A stretch of 63,730 nt of DNA, counting the filler, from Octopus bimaculoides (taxonomy: Eukaryota): the NCBI RefSeq assembly GCF_001194135.2. It is 7 parts of 6 records of this genome, joined end to end, with 100 filler letters (N's around TTAATTAATTAA, not from the genome) between each part and the next. Parts side by side here need not be neighbours in the genome. Positions count along the whole stretch, not along the records: positions 37,817 to 60,168 come from NC_069010.1; positions 60,269 to 62,513 come from NC_068983.1; 5 more parts are not named here. One strand, given 5' to 3'. The notes beneath the pieces were generated by a model that was not told the DNA's origin, did not search any database, and was given only the letters and a program-made list of their open reading frames with translations. Below are positions 50,860-61,660 of this stretch, in pieces. A program made the translations under genes and the position numbers. The number at the start of each line of letters is the position of its first letter. Position 1 is the first letter of the stretch.

Positions 50860-51120
50860 GATTTTACTGCTATTTCTAGGCACTGATCGAACACATAAAG
50901 GTTCACTCATTGGCAACAATGAAGACGGTAGAGGGAGATTTGGCTGCTATTTCTAGCAGGTCGGATAACCACATAGAAGCTCCCACATCTGTTGATGTGG
51001 TTGTTTCCCTTGTGAACAGCCGGTGAACGGGGAAATAAATTCTCCCTTGAATTAAATTCCAGCTTTACCTTTCAAGAACTCGTCAAACATGATGTAATGG
51101 ACCAAGATCTAAAGAAATGG

Positions 51121-51155
<35 letters not shown>

Positions 51156-51202
51156 CCTTTCTATTATAGGCATAAAGCCTGAAATTGGAGAGAGGAAAGA
51201 TG

Positions 51203-51520
51203 CAACACCAGGCAGTAGCTCTCATGGTTTCTGATCTTAACTGATTGGAAGTGTTATCATGTACATTGTTTTGTCTTGGTACAAAAAGATGGGTTACAGC
51301 AAATATTCTGTTCAATACCACAGATTTGCTAATGCCCTGATGCAGTACCAGGCAGTGGCTCTCATGGCTTCTGATCTTAACTGATTGGAAGTGTTATCAT
51401 GTACATTGTTTTGTCTTGGTATAAAAAGATGGGCTACAGTAAATATTCTGCTCAATACCACAGATTTGCTTCTCAGCTGTTTGACCTTAACCGTTGAGCA
51501 TGTCTCTCAATGGCTGACAT
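51203..51520 (+). repeat. Partially duplicated 5' part of the repeat seen at 1276-2355
   Basis: ATGCAGTACCAGGCAGTGGCTCTCATGGCTTCTGATCTTAACTGATTGGAAGTG occurs twice, after (AAT)n. Confidence 0.8.
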
Positions 51521-52467
51521 AAGTCGCTGAATCTGACAAGGATCGAACCTGTGTCGGAGATATACGCCTTTCATTGATTATCTGCTGATCTGTAAGTTAT
51601 TTCGTCGCGATTCACAATGAAACGATGAGCAACAAACAGGGCGTCCACGAGACATGTTAATCGAGTTGAAATGAAATTGAAACTGAAACAAACTCGATTT
51701 TACGAACGTCAAATAGGAAATTTACCTAACTTCGGACTGATCAACGACCGAAGTGAGCGAGATATGTAGACAGAAACTGTGCGGAAGCCTGTCGAGTGTG
51801 TGTGTGTGTGAGATAGAGATTATAAATTGATGCGCTGTGCAGTTTCAATTCTTATTGTTAATCACATTAAAAGTCCTTTTTGGCGATCTTTCGATACGAG
51901 TCCGAAATATCGGCCTTTACCGAAAGATCGCCAAGGTGGTCGTAGGATGTGCTAGAAACACATCTTACGAAGTCTGTCATAAAATAAAAAANNNNNNNNN
52001 NAGAAGAATCCAACTTTTGTGGGCCTACTGATCCGAAAACTCCACCTAAGTTTCGGAATGTTCAGAAAAGTTTTGCGAATTTGTGTTCTACACACGGAAA
52101 TTCATACGGTTACGAAAATAAGTTTCATTCATAATTTTTTTAAATACATCTCCCATCCAAGACCTAAAATTTCCACTCTTTTACGAATTTTTGCTGTTAA
52201 TCAGAGTTTAAGATAAGGACAGTACGAATTTTTTTACTTAAATTCTAGCAATGGGGAGAAAGATATTGAAAATCAATGAATGTCAGAGTGACAAAGAAAC
52301 GAGGAAGGTATCAGGTGGTCGTGAGATGTGCTAAAAACAACACCTAAATCTCCCTTAAATTACACACACACACAATTTTTTTCATAATCATATGAATTCC
52401 CGTGTATAGAGAACAAATTCGCAAAAGTTTTCTGAAAGTTCCAAAATTAAAGTTGGGGTGCTTAAAC

Positions 52468-52603
52468 TACAGGGTGTCCACAAATCTGGGTACTTGGGGA
52501 TTAACACATACTTTAAGAAATTATTATTTCTTATATTTAATTGTTTATGTTATGATTTTTTTTCTTTTACTCCATGTACCCCAGACTTTGTGGATACCCT
52601 GTA
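52468..52603. mobile_element. Tc1/mariner-type MITE
   Basis: TA-CAGGGTGTCCACAAATCTGGGTAC ... GTACCCCAGACTTTGTGGATACCCTG-TA. Confidence 0.85.
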
Positions 52604-52807
52604 GAATTCCGCCGGAAGCAAAATCGGAGGTGGAGGGGGCACATTTGTGCAGGTATGTAATGAGTCAGTGCGAGATATACAATAACGGTGGGAGAGACAG
52701 GAGAGCCATGGCTGGATTTGCTTTCAGTTATCATAGCCCTACGCGATCAGGGCGACCCTGAAGTTTAAACAACAATTAAAAAAATTAAAAAATGTAAAAT
52801 TACTGAC

Positions 52808-52950
52808 CTTGCTCCGACAAACACGGCGCATTCTGGCATCTGTTTCCAGCAATGGACTGACTCAAAGGGCCCGAAGTCTAGGGTTAAACATTCGGCACTC
52901 TCCGGCCAGTTGTGGTCAAATTCTTTGCCCGGGGGTCGAGCTAGAGCCAT
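52808..52950 (-). CDS. LZTR1: LZTR1 coding exon 1 (MALARPPGKEFDHNWPESAECLTLDFGPFESVHCWKQMPECAVFVGA-R)
   Basis: Matches human LZTR1 N-terminus ([26 protein letters not shown]...FVGAR); in-frame stop upstream of the ATG; donor AG|GTCAGT at 52807, phase 2. Confidence 0.93.
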
Positions 52951-53379
52951 GGGTGTGGTTGGATGGATTGATGGGCGAGAACTGTCACCTTATAGTTGTA
53001 GTATATATATGTTCGTTTTGTATGTGTGTATATAATATCATATGGATATATATACGTATAATGTATGCGTGTTGTCTCTGTGAGATGTCAATATTTGTGA
53101 TCGTATCTATGTATGTATATGTATAACTACGTTTGTATATTTGTGTTTGAGAGTGCGTTTGTGTGTGCCTCTATGTGTGTGGATGTATGTATTTGTGTAT
53201 ACATATATATATATATATATATATACAGCTATGTATCTGTATATATTTATATGTAGATTATGTTGTTTATAGTTTCAGCTCGGAGCTGCGGCCATGCTGA
53301 TGCACCGCCGTGTAATGTATATAATGTGTGTGTATATGTATCTGTATATATTTATGTGTAGATGTATATAATGTGTGTG

Positions 53380-53720
53380 TCTATGTTGACAGATGGGACG
53401 ATGTGACGGTACCGTAATTACAATTAGCCGGTCAATACACCACCACCACTGACACACCGCCGCACTCCTATAGACATCGCAGTCATCTGCGCTACCAATT
53501 AACCGCAAAATCCAACTGCAATCGCCGATAAAACCTACATAATTCCCCAAGTCTTCTTCATAATCTAAACGTTTTACTCAACACACGGCCATAAATCGCC
53601 GCTCACGCAACGGATCATGGGATAGCAATTGTCTGCTGGAACCATTCGTTTCGTTTCGTTTCGTTTCGTTTTTCGTCGGAACATGCCGCGACATTTCCGA
53701 AACGTAACACTTCGTGTTTT
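53380..53720. promoter_or_regulatory. CpG-rich stretch upstream of LZTR1 ATG, candidate promoter / 5' UTR
   Basis: Locally high CG dinucleotide density and a (TTTCG)n run 430-770 nt upstream of the start codon in an otherwise CpG-poor region; no TSS evidence. Confidence 0.3.
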
Positions 53721-54580
53721 TTTATTAAACTTGGGACTTAATTGCTTATTTATTTATTTATCTTTTACTTATTTCTGTCATTGGACTGCGGCCATGCTGG
53801 GGCACAGCCTTGTAGAGTTTAGTTGAACAAATTCGACAACAATTTTTTTTTTCTTTTAATCTAAACGTGGCACTTATTCTTNNNNNNNNNNNNNNNNNNN
53901 NNNNNNNNNNNNNNNNNNNNNNNNNNNNNNNNNNNNNNNNNNNNNNNNNNNNNNNNNNNNNNNNNNNNNNNNNNNNNNNNNNNNNNNNNNNNNNNNNNNN
54001 NNNNNNNNNNNNNNNNNNNNNNNNNNNNNNNNNNNNNNNNNNNNNNNNNNNNNNNNNNNNNNNNNNNNNNNNNNNNNNNNNNNNNNNNNNNNNNNNNNNN
54101 NNNNNNNNNNNNNNNNNNNNNNNNNNNNNNNNNNNNNNNNNNNNNNNNNNNNNNNNNNNNNNNNNNNNNNNNNNNNNNNNNNNNNNNNNNNNNNNNNNNN
54201 NNAAAAAGGTTCAGAACCACTGATTTAAAGGATCAACTAGGCTGTTGTAAAGTTCTACCTTCAATCTCTGTGGTCGGTTTCACATAAACTTCCAGTTGTT
54301 TGCTTCCATTACTCCATTGCTGGAAGAGTCTACTCCAATGGAGTCTACTGCATTGCTGGAAGAGTCTACTCCAATGTTGGAGGAGTTTTCTCTCCGTGAA
54401 GAATTGGCTGGAACTCGTTATCTCTAATTGCTGTCAGTGAAACAATATGCTACAACAATTATATGGCGTTGATGAATATTTGGTCTATTGTGAACATTTC
54501 CTACCATTTGTTGTTGCCATCCTGGTTCACGAAAAGGGAAAAAAACCAAAGCACATGTCACCAGGTTCCAAATTCAAACA

Positions 54581-54999
54581 GGATCTATTTTAAAACGGGG
54601 GCCACATTTTTCATTAATGTTTTACGTAGTGTTTTTGGTACCAATCACCAAATGTATTCAGTTGTTTACATTTACTCCTTTGGCTGATTAAGCGATGTAA
54701 AGCGTATTTAATCTCCATACCTTCGTTTTATTTGCTTTTTTCATTTTAAATTTGCTTTAACCCTAACCCTAACCCTAACCCTAGGGTTAGGGTTAGGGTT
54801 AGGGTTAATTTTTTTCAGAATCGTTTGTTTATGTAGTCGGCACTTAATGTATATCGACTGAATGGACGTCAGTGATTGGTTGAAATTACAGAAATACGAC
54901 AACTTTAACATGGAATAACTTATGGATTTCTTTTTTTTTTAAGAAGACTAAGAGAAAAAGATGTTTTATATGACACATTCTACCAGTGTTCCAAGTTTC
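54581..54999 (+). mobile_element. GG-terminated MITE copy 1 with 52-bp perfect telomere-repeat palindrome; right end in gap
   Basis: TIR GGATCTATTTTAAAACGGGGGCCACATTTTTCATTAA; TT(AACCCT)4(AGGGTT)4AA at 54757-54808; reverse complement of 56918-57450. Confidence 0.88.
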
Positions 55000-55935
55000 N
55001 NNNNNNNNNNNNNNNNNNNNNNNNNNNNNNNNNNNNNNNNNNNNNNNNNNNNNNNNNNNNNNNNNNNNNNNNNNNNNNNNNNNNNNNNNNNNNNNNNNNN
55101 NNNNNNNNNNNNNNNNNNNNNNNNNNNNNNNNNNNNNNNNNNNNNNNNNNNNNNNNNNNNNNNNNNNNNNNNNNNNNNNNNNNNNNNNNNNNNNNNNNNN
55201 NNNNNNNNNNNNNNNNNNNNNNNNNNNNNNNNNNNNNNNNNNNNNNNNNNNNNNNNNNNNNNNNNNNNNNNNNNNNNNNNNNNNNNNNNNNNNNNNNNNN
55301 NNNNNNNNNNNNNNNNNNNNNNNNNNNNNNNNNNNNNNNNNNNNNNNNNNNNNNNNNNNNNNNNNNNNNNNNNNNNNNNNNNNNNNNNNNNNNNNNNNNN
55401 NNNNNNNNNNNNNNNNNNNNNNNNNNNNNNNNNNNNNNNNNNNNNNNNNNNNNNNNNNNNNNNNNNNNNNNNNNNNNNNNNNNNNNNNNNNNNNNNNNNN
55501 NNNNNNNNNNNNNNNNNNNNNNNNNNNNNNNNNNNNNNNNNNNNNNNNNNNNNNNNNNNNNNNNNNNNNNNNNNNNNNNNNNNNNNNNNNNNNNNNNNNN
55601 NNNNNNNNNNNNNNNNNNNNNNNNNNNNNNNNNNNNNNNNNNNNNNNNNNNNNNNNNNNNNNNNNNNNNNNNNNNNNNNNNNNNNNNNNNNNNNNNNNNN
55701 NNNNNNNTCAATAAGACTTAAACCAAACCCCACCATAACAAAAAAATCAAAAAAAAACAAACTGATGCAATACAGTTATCGGGAAGTTCTTGTACTCCCG
55801 ACAACACCCCCAACAAAAACAAAAACAAAAAAAAAAACACAATGTTGCACACACCTCTGCAACATGGAGCTGTTGTAGGTGATGCTGCAGAAATTTGCCT
55901 GAAACTATCAAATGTCGAATGATGACGACGACGAC

Positions 55936-55966
<31 letters not shown>

Positions 55967-56390
55967 GTGGTGATGCTGCTGATGATGATGACAATAATAA
56001 TTGTTTCTATTTTAGGCTGAGGGCCAGAAATTTGGCAGATGGGGGGGTTAGCTGCTCATACTGGCCTCAGTACTTCAATGGTACTTTATTTTATCCACCC
56101 TGCACACAAAAAAGAAAAAATTTAAAAAAAAGGCATTTTGTCCTACATTTTACTGATTTTACCAACCCATTATATTATTAATCAACAGCTCATAAGATGG
56201 GCAGAAGGTCCACAAATCTGACGGATAGTGTTAGCTGATTCTATCAGCCTCACTATTTAGCTGGTACTTCATTTTATCAATCCCAGTGGAATTTGGACTG
56301 AGAAGGCAAACGGGGCTTGAACGAACACCACAAGGTACTTTTGTCTGATCGCTCCAGTGATCCTCGTGACACTCCACGGTAAATCATACT

Positions 56391-56468
56391 TCACATGGTC
56401 CTCTTGACCAGGAAATAGAGATCAGCAAAAAACACCACAGTGCCTAATAGGATCCCAACAGACATTTG
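56391..56468 (-). CDS. TMEM199: TMEM199 terminal coding exon, TM2 (QMSVGILLGTVVFFADLYFLVKRTM*)
   Basis: tttatttcag acceptor, TGA at 56393-56391; aligns to human [24 protein letters not shown]. Confidence 0.88.
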   Translation of the reverse strand, partial: QMSVGILLGTVVFFADLYFLVKRTM

Positions 56469-56917
56469 CTGAAATAAACAAGAGGAAACAGTAACGAGTT
56501 AATTAAGGATCTAATTAAAGAATTGCAAAATTATTAATTATCAATGTTCCTAACACAATATTTTACAAACATTTAATTTCATCATTCTGGTACCAACGTC
56601 GCCTTCCTGGCACGTGATAAGACATTCGAGCGAGATCGTTGCCAGTCAGGGGGCACTGGCCACAGATACGATTTTGGTTTTACTTGACTCAACAGGTCTT
56701 TTCAAGCATATCGTATCACCTGACGCATCAAGGGTCCTCTTAAATGGGCTGGACATGCATCACTGGCATTGGCCATGGCTGCAATCTCAATTTAGTTGCC
56801 AGGTCTTCTCCAAAGGTCTTGATCTCCTGTCAATGCCTCTGTGAGGCCCAATGGTCAAAGGTCATGCATCACCACCTCATCCCATGTCTTTCTGGGTCTA
56901 CCTCTTCCACAGTTTCC

Positions 56918-57450
56918 GGATCTTTTTTAAAACGGGGGCCACATTTTTCATTAACGAAACACTTTGAAACTTGGAACACTGGTAGAATGTGTCATATAAA
57001 ACATCTTTTTCTCTTAGTCTTCTTAAAAAAAAAAAGAAATCCCTAAGTTATTCCATGTTAAAGTTGTCGTATTTCTGTAATTTCAACCAATCACTGACAT
57101 CCATTCAGCCGATATACATTAAGTGCCGACTACATAAACAAACGATTCTGAAACAATTAACCCTAACCCTAGGGTTGGGGTTAGGGTTAAAGCAAATAAA
57201 ACGAAGGTATGGAGATTAAATACGCTTTACATCGCTTAATCAGCCAAAGGAGTAAATGTAAACAACTGAATACTTGTCAGTGATTGGTTGAAATTATCGA
57301 AATAAGACAATTTTTTACATGAAATAAATTTGAATACAAAAATATTTTTCTGTCAAAATAGATAAGTATACGAAGTTTGAAAGTCTTTCCGTACCAAAAA
57401 CACTACGTAAAACATTAATGAAAAATGTGGCCCCGTTTTAAAATAGATCC
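56918..57450 (-). mobile_element. GG-terminated MITE copy 2, complete, 8-bp TSD (Merlin- or MULE-like)
   Basis: ~36-bp TIRs; CAGTTTCC at 56910-56917 and 57451-57458; central TAACCCTAACCCTAGGGTTGGGGTTAGGGTTAA. Confidence 0.9.
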
Positions 57451-57594
57451 CAGTTTCCTTCAACAGAGAGTGTGTGGCACACACGGAACACTCACAAATA
57501 CATACAGACACACACATAAGCTGCATGAACGCAAAAAAAAACTATAAAAATGAAAACGATTCAAATGAACATTTGCAACTGTGCAGTAACTTAC

Positions 57595-57713
57595 AATGGC
57601 AATGTCTGGTTCCTCCATACTGGCTTCTGCAGCTTTGTAACCGAAGGCAAAAGCACCGCCAACAGTGAGGACAAAATTCACAACAGCGATTATCTGAAGG
57701 TTCATGGCTTTCA
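57595..57713 (-). CDS. TMEM199: TMEM199 exon encoding TM1 (KAMNLQIIAVVNFVLTVGGAFAFGYKAAEASMEEPDIAI)
   Basis: atttcag acceptor, GTAAGT donor, 119 nt; aligns to human [23 protein letters not shown]. Confidence 0.88.
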
Positions 57714-57929
57714 CTGAAATAAAAAAGATAGGACATGACAATACGCTGTAAGTTAAGAGGAGAATAAAAGTGATGAATTATTGATGTTGGGATACTGTAA
57801 GGGGAAGAATTATGGTGGGATCGCTCACCCGAAGCAACCCTTATGCTTCTTACTAATTGCTTGTGATTAACTCTAACAACTTGCATTATATCCGAGAGAC
57901 ATTACAGAACCCCTATATATGCATCGCAT

Positions 57930-58800
57930 ATCATCATCATTTAACGTCCATTGTCCATGTTGGGACGGGTTAGACGATTTGACCAGGGCTGGAAAGTTGG
58001 AAGGCTGCACCACACTCCAGTCTGATTTGGTATGGTTTCTACAGCTGGATGCCCTTCTTAATGCTAACTGCTAACCACTCTGAGAGTGTAATGGATGCTT
58101 TTACATGCCACTGGTCGGTACCGAAAGGGTTAAACCCCCAAAACCAATCATTGCAAAGCAGACTGCTTACCACACAGCCATCAAAAAATACATTGTCAAA
58201 TATATGTATTGAAACACTCACATTCCTTGCCAACGTTTCCATCCACAATTTTTTTCTGAAATAAAACAAATATACACACAGTTAAGAAGATATATGGGTG
58301 GGGAGTTAGATAAGGCTTATGAGATAATCTCTTTTCTCTCTCCCTCTCACTCACTCATCCTCATCGTTTAACGTCCGCTTTCCATGCTAGCACGGGTTGG
58401 ACGATTTGACTGAGGACTGGTGAAACCAGATGGCTACACCAGGCTCCATCATCATCATCATCATCATCGTTTAACGTCCGCTTTCCATGCTAGCATGGGT
58501 TGGATGATTTGACTAAGGACTGGTGAAACCGGATGGCTACACCAGGCTCCATCATCATCATCATCGTTTAACGTCCGCTTTCCATGCTAGCATGGGTCGG
58601 ACGATTTGACTGAGGACTGGTGAAACCGGATGGCTNNNNNNNNNNGATCTGGCAGAGTTTCTACAGCTGGATTTCCCTTCCTAACGCCAACCACTCCGAG
58701 AGTGTAGTGGGTGCTTTTACGTGCCACCGGCACGAAGGCCAGTCAGGCGGTACTGGCAAAGGCCACGCTCAAAATGGTGTATTTTACGTGCCACTCGGAC
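57930..58800 (-). mobile_element. RTE-tail SINE-like repeats ending in GGACGTTAAA(CGATGAT)n; three tandem ~100-bp tail copies at 58364-58635
   Basis: CATCATCGTTTAACGTCCGCTTTCCATGCTAGCATGGGTTGGACG repeated; related pieces at 45520-45570 and 49410-49540. Confidence 0.75.
58222..58255 (-). CDS. TMEM199: TMEM199 short exon (KKIVDGNVGKE-L)
   Basis: ttttatttcag acceptor, GTGAGT donor, 34 nt; phase 0 to 1 links the flanking exons; resembles human SDLGKQV. Confidence 0.8.
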
Positions 58801-58809
58801 AGGAGCCAG

Positions 58810-59362
58810 TTCGGTTACGACCACGAGGGTTCCAGTTGATCCAATCAACGGAACAGCCTGCTCGTGAAATTAACATGCAAGTGGCTGAGCACTCCACAGA
58901 CACATGTACCCTTAATGTAGTACACGGGGGATATTCAGTGTGACACAGTGTGACAAGGCTGACCCTTTGAATTACAGGCACAACAGAAACAGGAAGAAAG
59001 AGTGAGAGAAAGTTGTGGTGGAAGAGTACAGCAGGGTTCGCCACCATCCCCTGTGAAATTAACGTGCAAGTGGCTGAGCACTCCACAGACACATGTACTC
59101 TTAACGTAGTACACAGGGATATTCAGCGTGACACAGTGTGTGACAAGGCTGACCCCTTTGAATTACAGGCACAACAGAAACAGGAAGAAAGAGTGAGAGA
59201 AAGTTGTGGTGGAAGAGTACAGCAGAGGTCACCACCATCCCCTGCCGGAGCCTCGTGGAGCTTTTAGGTGTTTTTGCTCAATAAACACTCACAACGCCCG
59301 GTCTGGGAATCGAAACCGCGATCCTATGACCGCAAGTCCGCTGCCCAAACCACTGCGCCTCC
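58810..59362 (-). mobile_element. Family C SINE with internal ~190-bp duplication
   Basis: GTGAAATTAAC..GGGTTCGCCACCATCCCCTG occurs at 58864-59053 and 59053-59243. Confidence 0.85.
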
Positions 59363-59449
59363 ACTGAATGATATACACACAAAAACAAACACACACACAC
59401 ACATTACTGGTAGAAAGAGACATAGACACGGAGTATTAGAGATACTTAC

Positions 59450-59539
59450 AGTTCTGTTGACATTTCGTGTCATTTGTTTGTATTCACTGTTTTCCGCCTC
59501 TCTCTTCAGTCTTTGAATTCTGACCTCCAGCTCTGCACT
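59450..59539 (-). CDS. TMEM199: TMEM199/VMA12 internal exon (SAELEVRIQRLKREAENSEYKQMTRNVNRT)
   Basis: tgtgtctag acceptor, GTAAGT donor, 90 nt; aligns to human [27 protein letters not shown]. Confidence 0.88.
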
Positions 59540-59629
59540 CTAGACACACAGACAGACAGACAAAGAGACAGACAATAAGCCGCAACAAAGTAAAACTGAA
59601 AGTAAAAATATCCAGTAACTAGAGAAAAG

Positions 59630-59875
59630 TATGGAGTTCAAAGTCGGCAAGGAAACTGAAAGTGGGGTTTTTTCTGGCAAACAGTGGAGTGAGTCTGTTC
59701 TTCCATACGGGGCCCGAAACAGGATGGATGCTCGCTAAAGCATTGCAGAAGCAGTCGGATGGTTGTTATACGAGGATGCTTTGAATGGCACTTTGAACGT
59801 CTCCTGGAAGAGTCATGCAACAAACGCTGACTTATACCAGGGACTACCAAAAGTAACATTGAAGATACAGCATGT
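59630..59875 (+). mobile_element. RTE-like LINE RT C-terminal relic
   Basis: ESVLPYGA ETWMLAKALQKQSDGCYTRML*MALNVSWKSHATNADLYQGLPKVT. Confidence 0.8.
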
Positions 59876-59886
59876 TGCTGACACTC

Positions 59887-60168
59887 GGTCGCTTACGACA
59901 ACGTCGAAGGTTTCCAGTTGATCTGATCAACGGAACAGCCTGCTCGTGGAATTAACATGCAAGTGGCTGAGCACTCCACAGACACGTGTACCCTTAACGT
60001 AGTTCTTGGGGGATATTCAGCGTGACACAGTGTGTGACAAGGCTAACCCTTTGAATTACAAGCACAACAGAAACAGGAAGTAAGAGTGAGAGAAAGTTGT
60101 GGTGGAAGAGTACAGCAGGGTTCGCCACCATGCCCTGCTGGAGCCACATGGAGCTTTTTAGGTGTTTT
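59887..60168 (-). mobile_element. Family C SINE 3' part
   Basis: Reverse complement of 43280-43513 plus tail CCGTTGATCAGATCAACTGGAAACC. Confidence 0.85.
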
Positions 60169-61660
60169 NNNNNNNNNNNNNNNNNNNNNNNNNNNNNNNN
60201 NNNNNNNNNNNNTTAATTAATTAANNNNNNNNNNNNNNNNNNNNNNNNNNNNNNNNNNNNNNNNNNNNAGAGAGGGAGAGAGAGAGAGGGAGAGAGAGAG
60301 AGAGGGAGAGAGAGAGAGGGGGGGACTGAATGAGTCAACAATGTGCATATATATATAGGACCCAAGCATGATGAAATAGCGCCTAATCTTCAAATCACAC
60401 AATAACTCTCGAAATAGAAATGTTTTAATCCAAAACGCTCGTAAATACATTCATATATGTGTACATGCATCTTACATATAGACATACATATCGGCAATCG
60501 CTAACAAACGTTAAAAATGCAAATAGAAATCATCCGTTAATCTTACCTGAAGTTACACGAAATAGAATATCATAAAAATTTTAGACAGACATTTACGCGT
60601 ATGAAAGCTTGGAGAAATGATTTCAGAATATTTGATTCAAATATTGGATTGATATTTCGAAATATTTATCTTTTCCAGTGTGCATAAGTTATAGTAAAAG
60701 CATTATTTATATATATATATATATATATATATGTTTTATTCCAAAATGTGCCACTTTATAAAATGAGTTCAGAGCCATGCAGTAAACAATATGCGCGCGC
60801 TCATATAGTTTACTGTTTCACTATGGTATGATCAACTAAAAAATAATCTATCCAATGAGAGATGAATTACATTTAATGTACACAGTATTAAAATAAAAGT
60901 TATTCATAGTCTCTTAATTACAACTCGTTGTTAGGCAGGTTTCTACTATCTACAACCAATCTTTAGTTTCTGNNNNNNNNNNNNNNNNNNNNNNNNNNNN
61001 NNNNNNNNNNNNNNNNNNNNNNNNNNNNNNNNNNNNNNNNNNNNNNNNNNNNNNNNNNNNNNNNNNNNNNNNNNNNNNNNNNNNNNNNNNNNNNNNNNNN
61101 NNNNNNNNNNNNNNNNNNNNNNNNNNNNNNNNNNNNNNNNNNNNNNNNNNNNNNNNNNNNNNNNNNNNNNNNNNNNNNNNNNNNNNNNNNNNNNNNNNNN
61201 NNNNNNNNNNNNNNNNNNNNNNNNNNNNNNNNNNNNNNNNNNNNNNNNNNNNNNNNNNNNNNNNNNNNNNNNNNNNNNNNNNNNNNNNNNNNNNNNNNNN
61301 NNNNNNNNNNNNNNNNNNNNNNNNNNNNNNNNNNNNNNNNNNNNNNNNNNNNNNNNNNNNNNNNNNNNNNNNNNNNNNNNNNNNNNNNNNNNNNNNNNNN
61401 NNNNNNNNNNNNNNNNNNNNNNNNNNNNNNNNNNNNNNNNNNNNNNNNNNNNNNNNNNNNNNNNNNNNNNNNNNNNNNNNNNNNNNNNNNNNNNNNNNNN
61501 NNNNNNNNNNNNNNNNNNNNNNNNNNNNNNNNNNNNNNNNNNNNNNNNNNNNNNNNNNNNNNNNNNNNNNNNNNNNNNNNNNNNNNNNNNNNNNNNNNNN
61601 NNNNNNNNNNNNNNNNNNNNNNNNNNNNNNNNNNNNNNNNNNNNNNNNNNNNNNNNNNNN

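Noticed and set aside
54757-54808. Chromosome end-to-end fusion scar
   Set aside because: Orientation is (CCCTAA)n then (TTAGGG)n, the tract is short, and it is internal to a TIR element present twice
60541-60620. Minus-strand CAG|GTAAGA donor as TMEM199 upstream exon
   Set aside because: Upstream frames contain stops and lack homology; beyond a scaffold spacer
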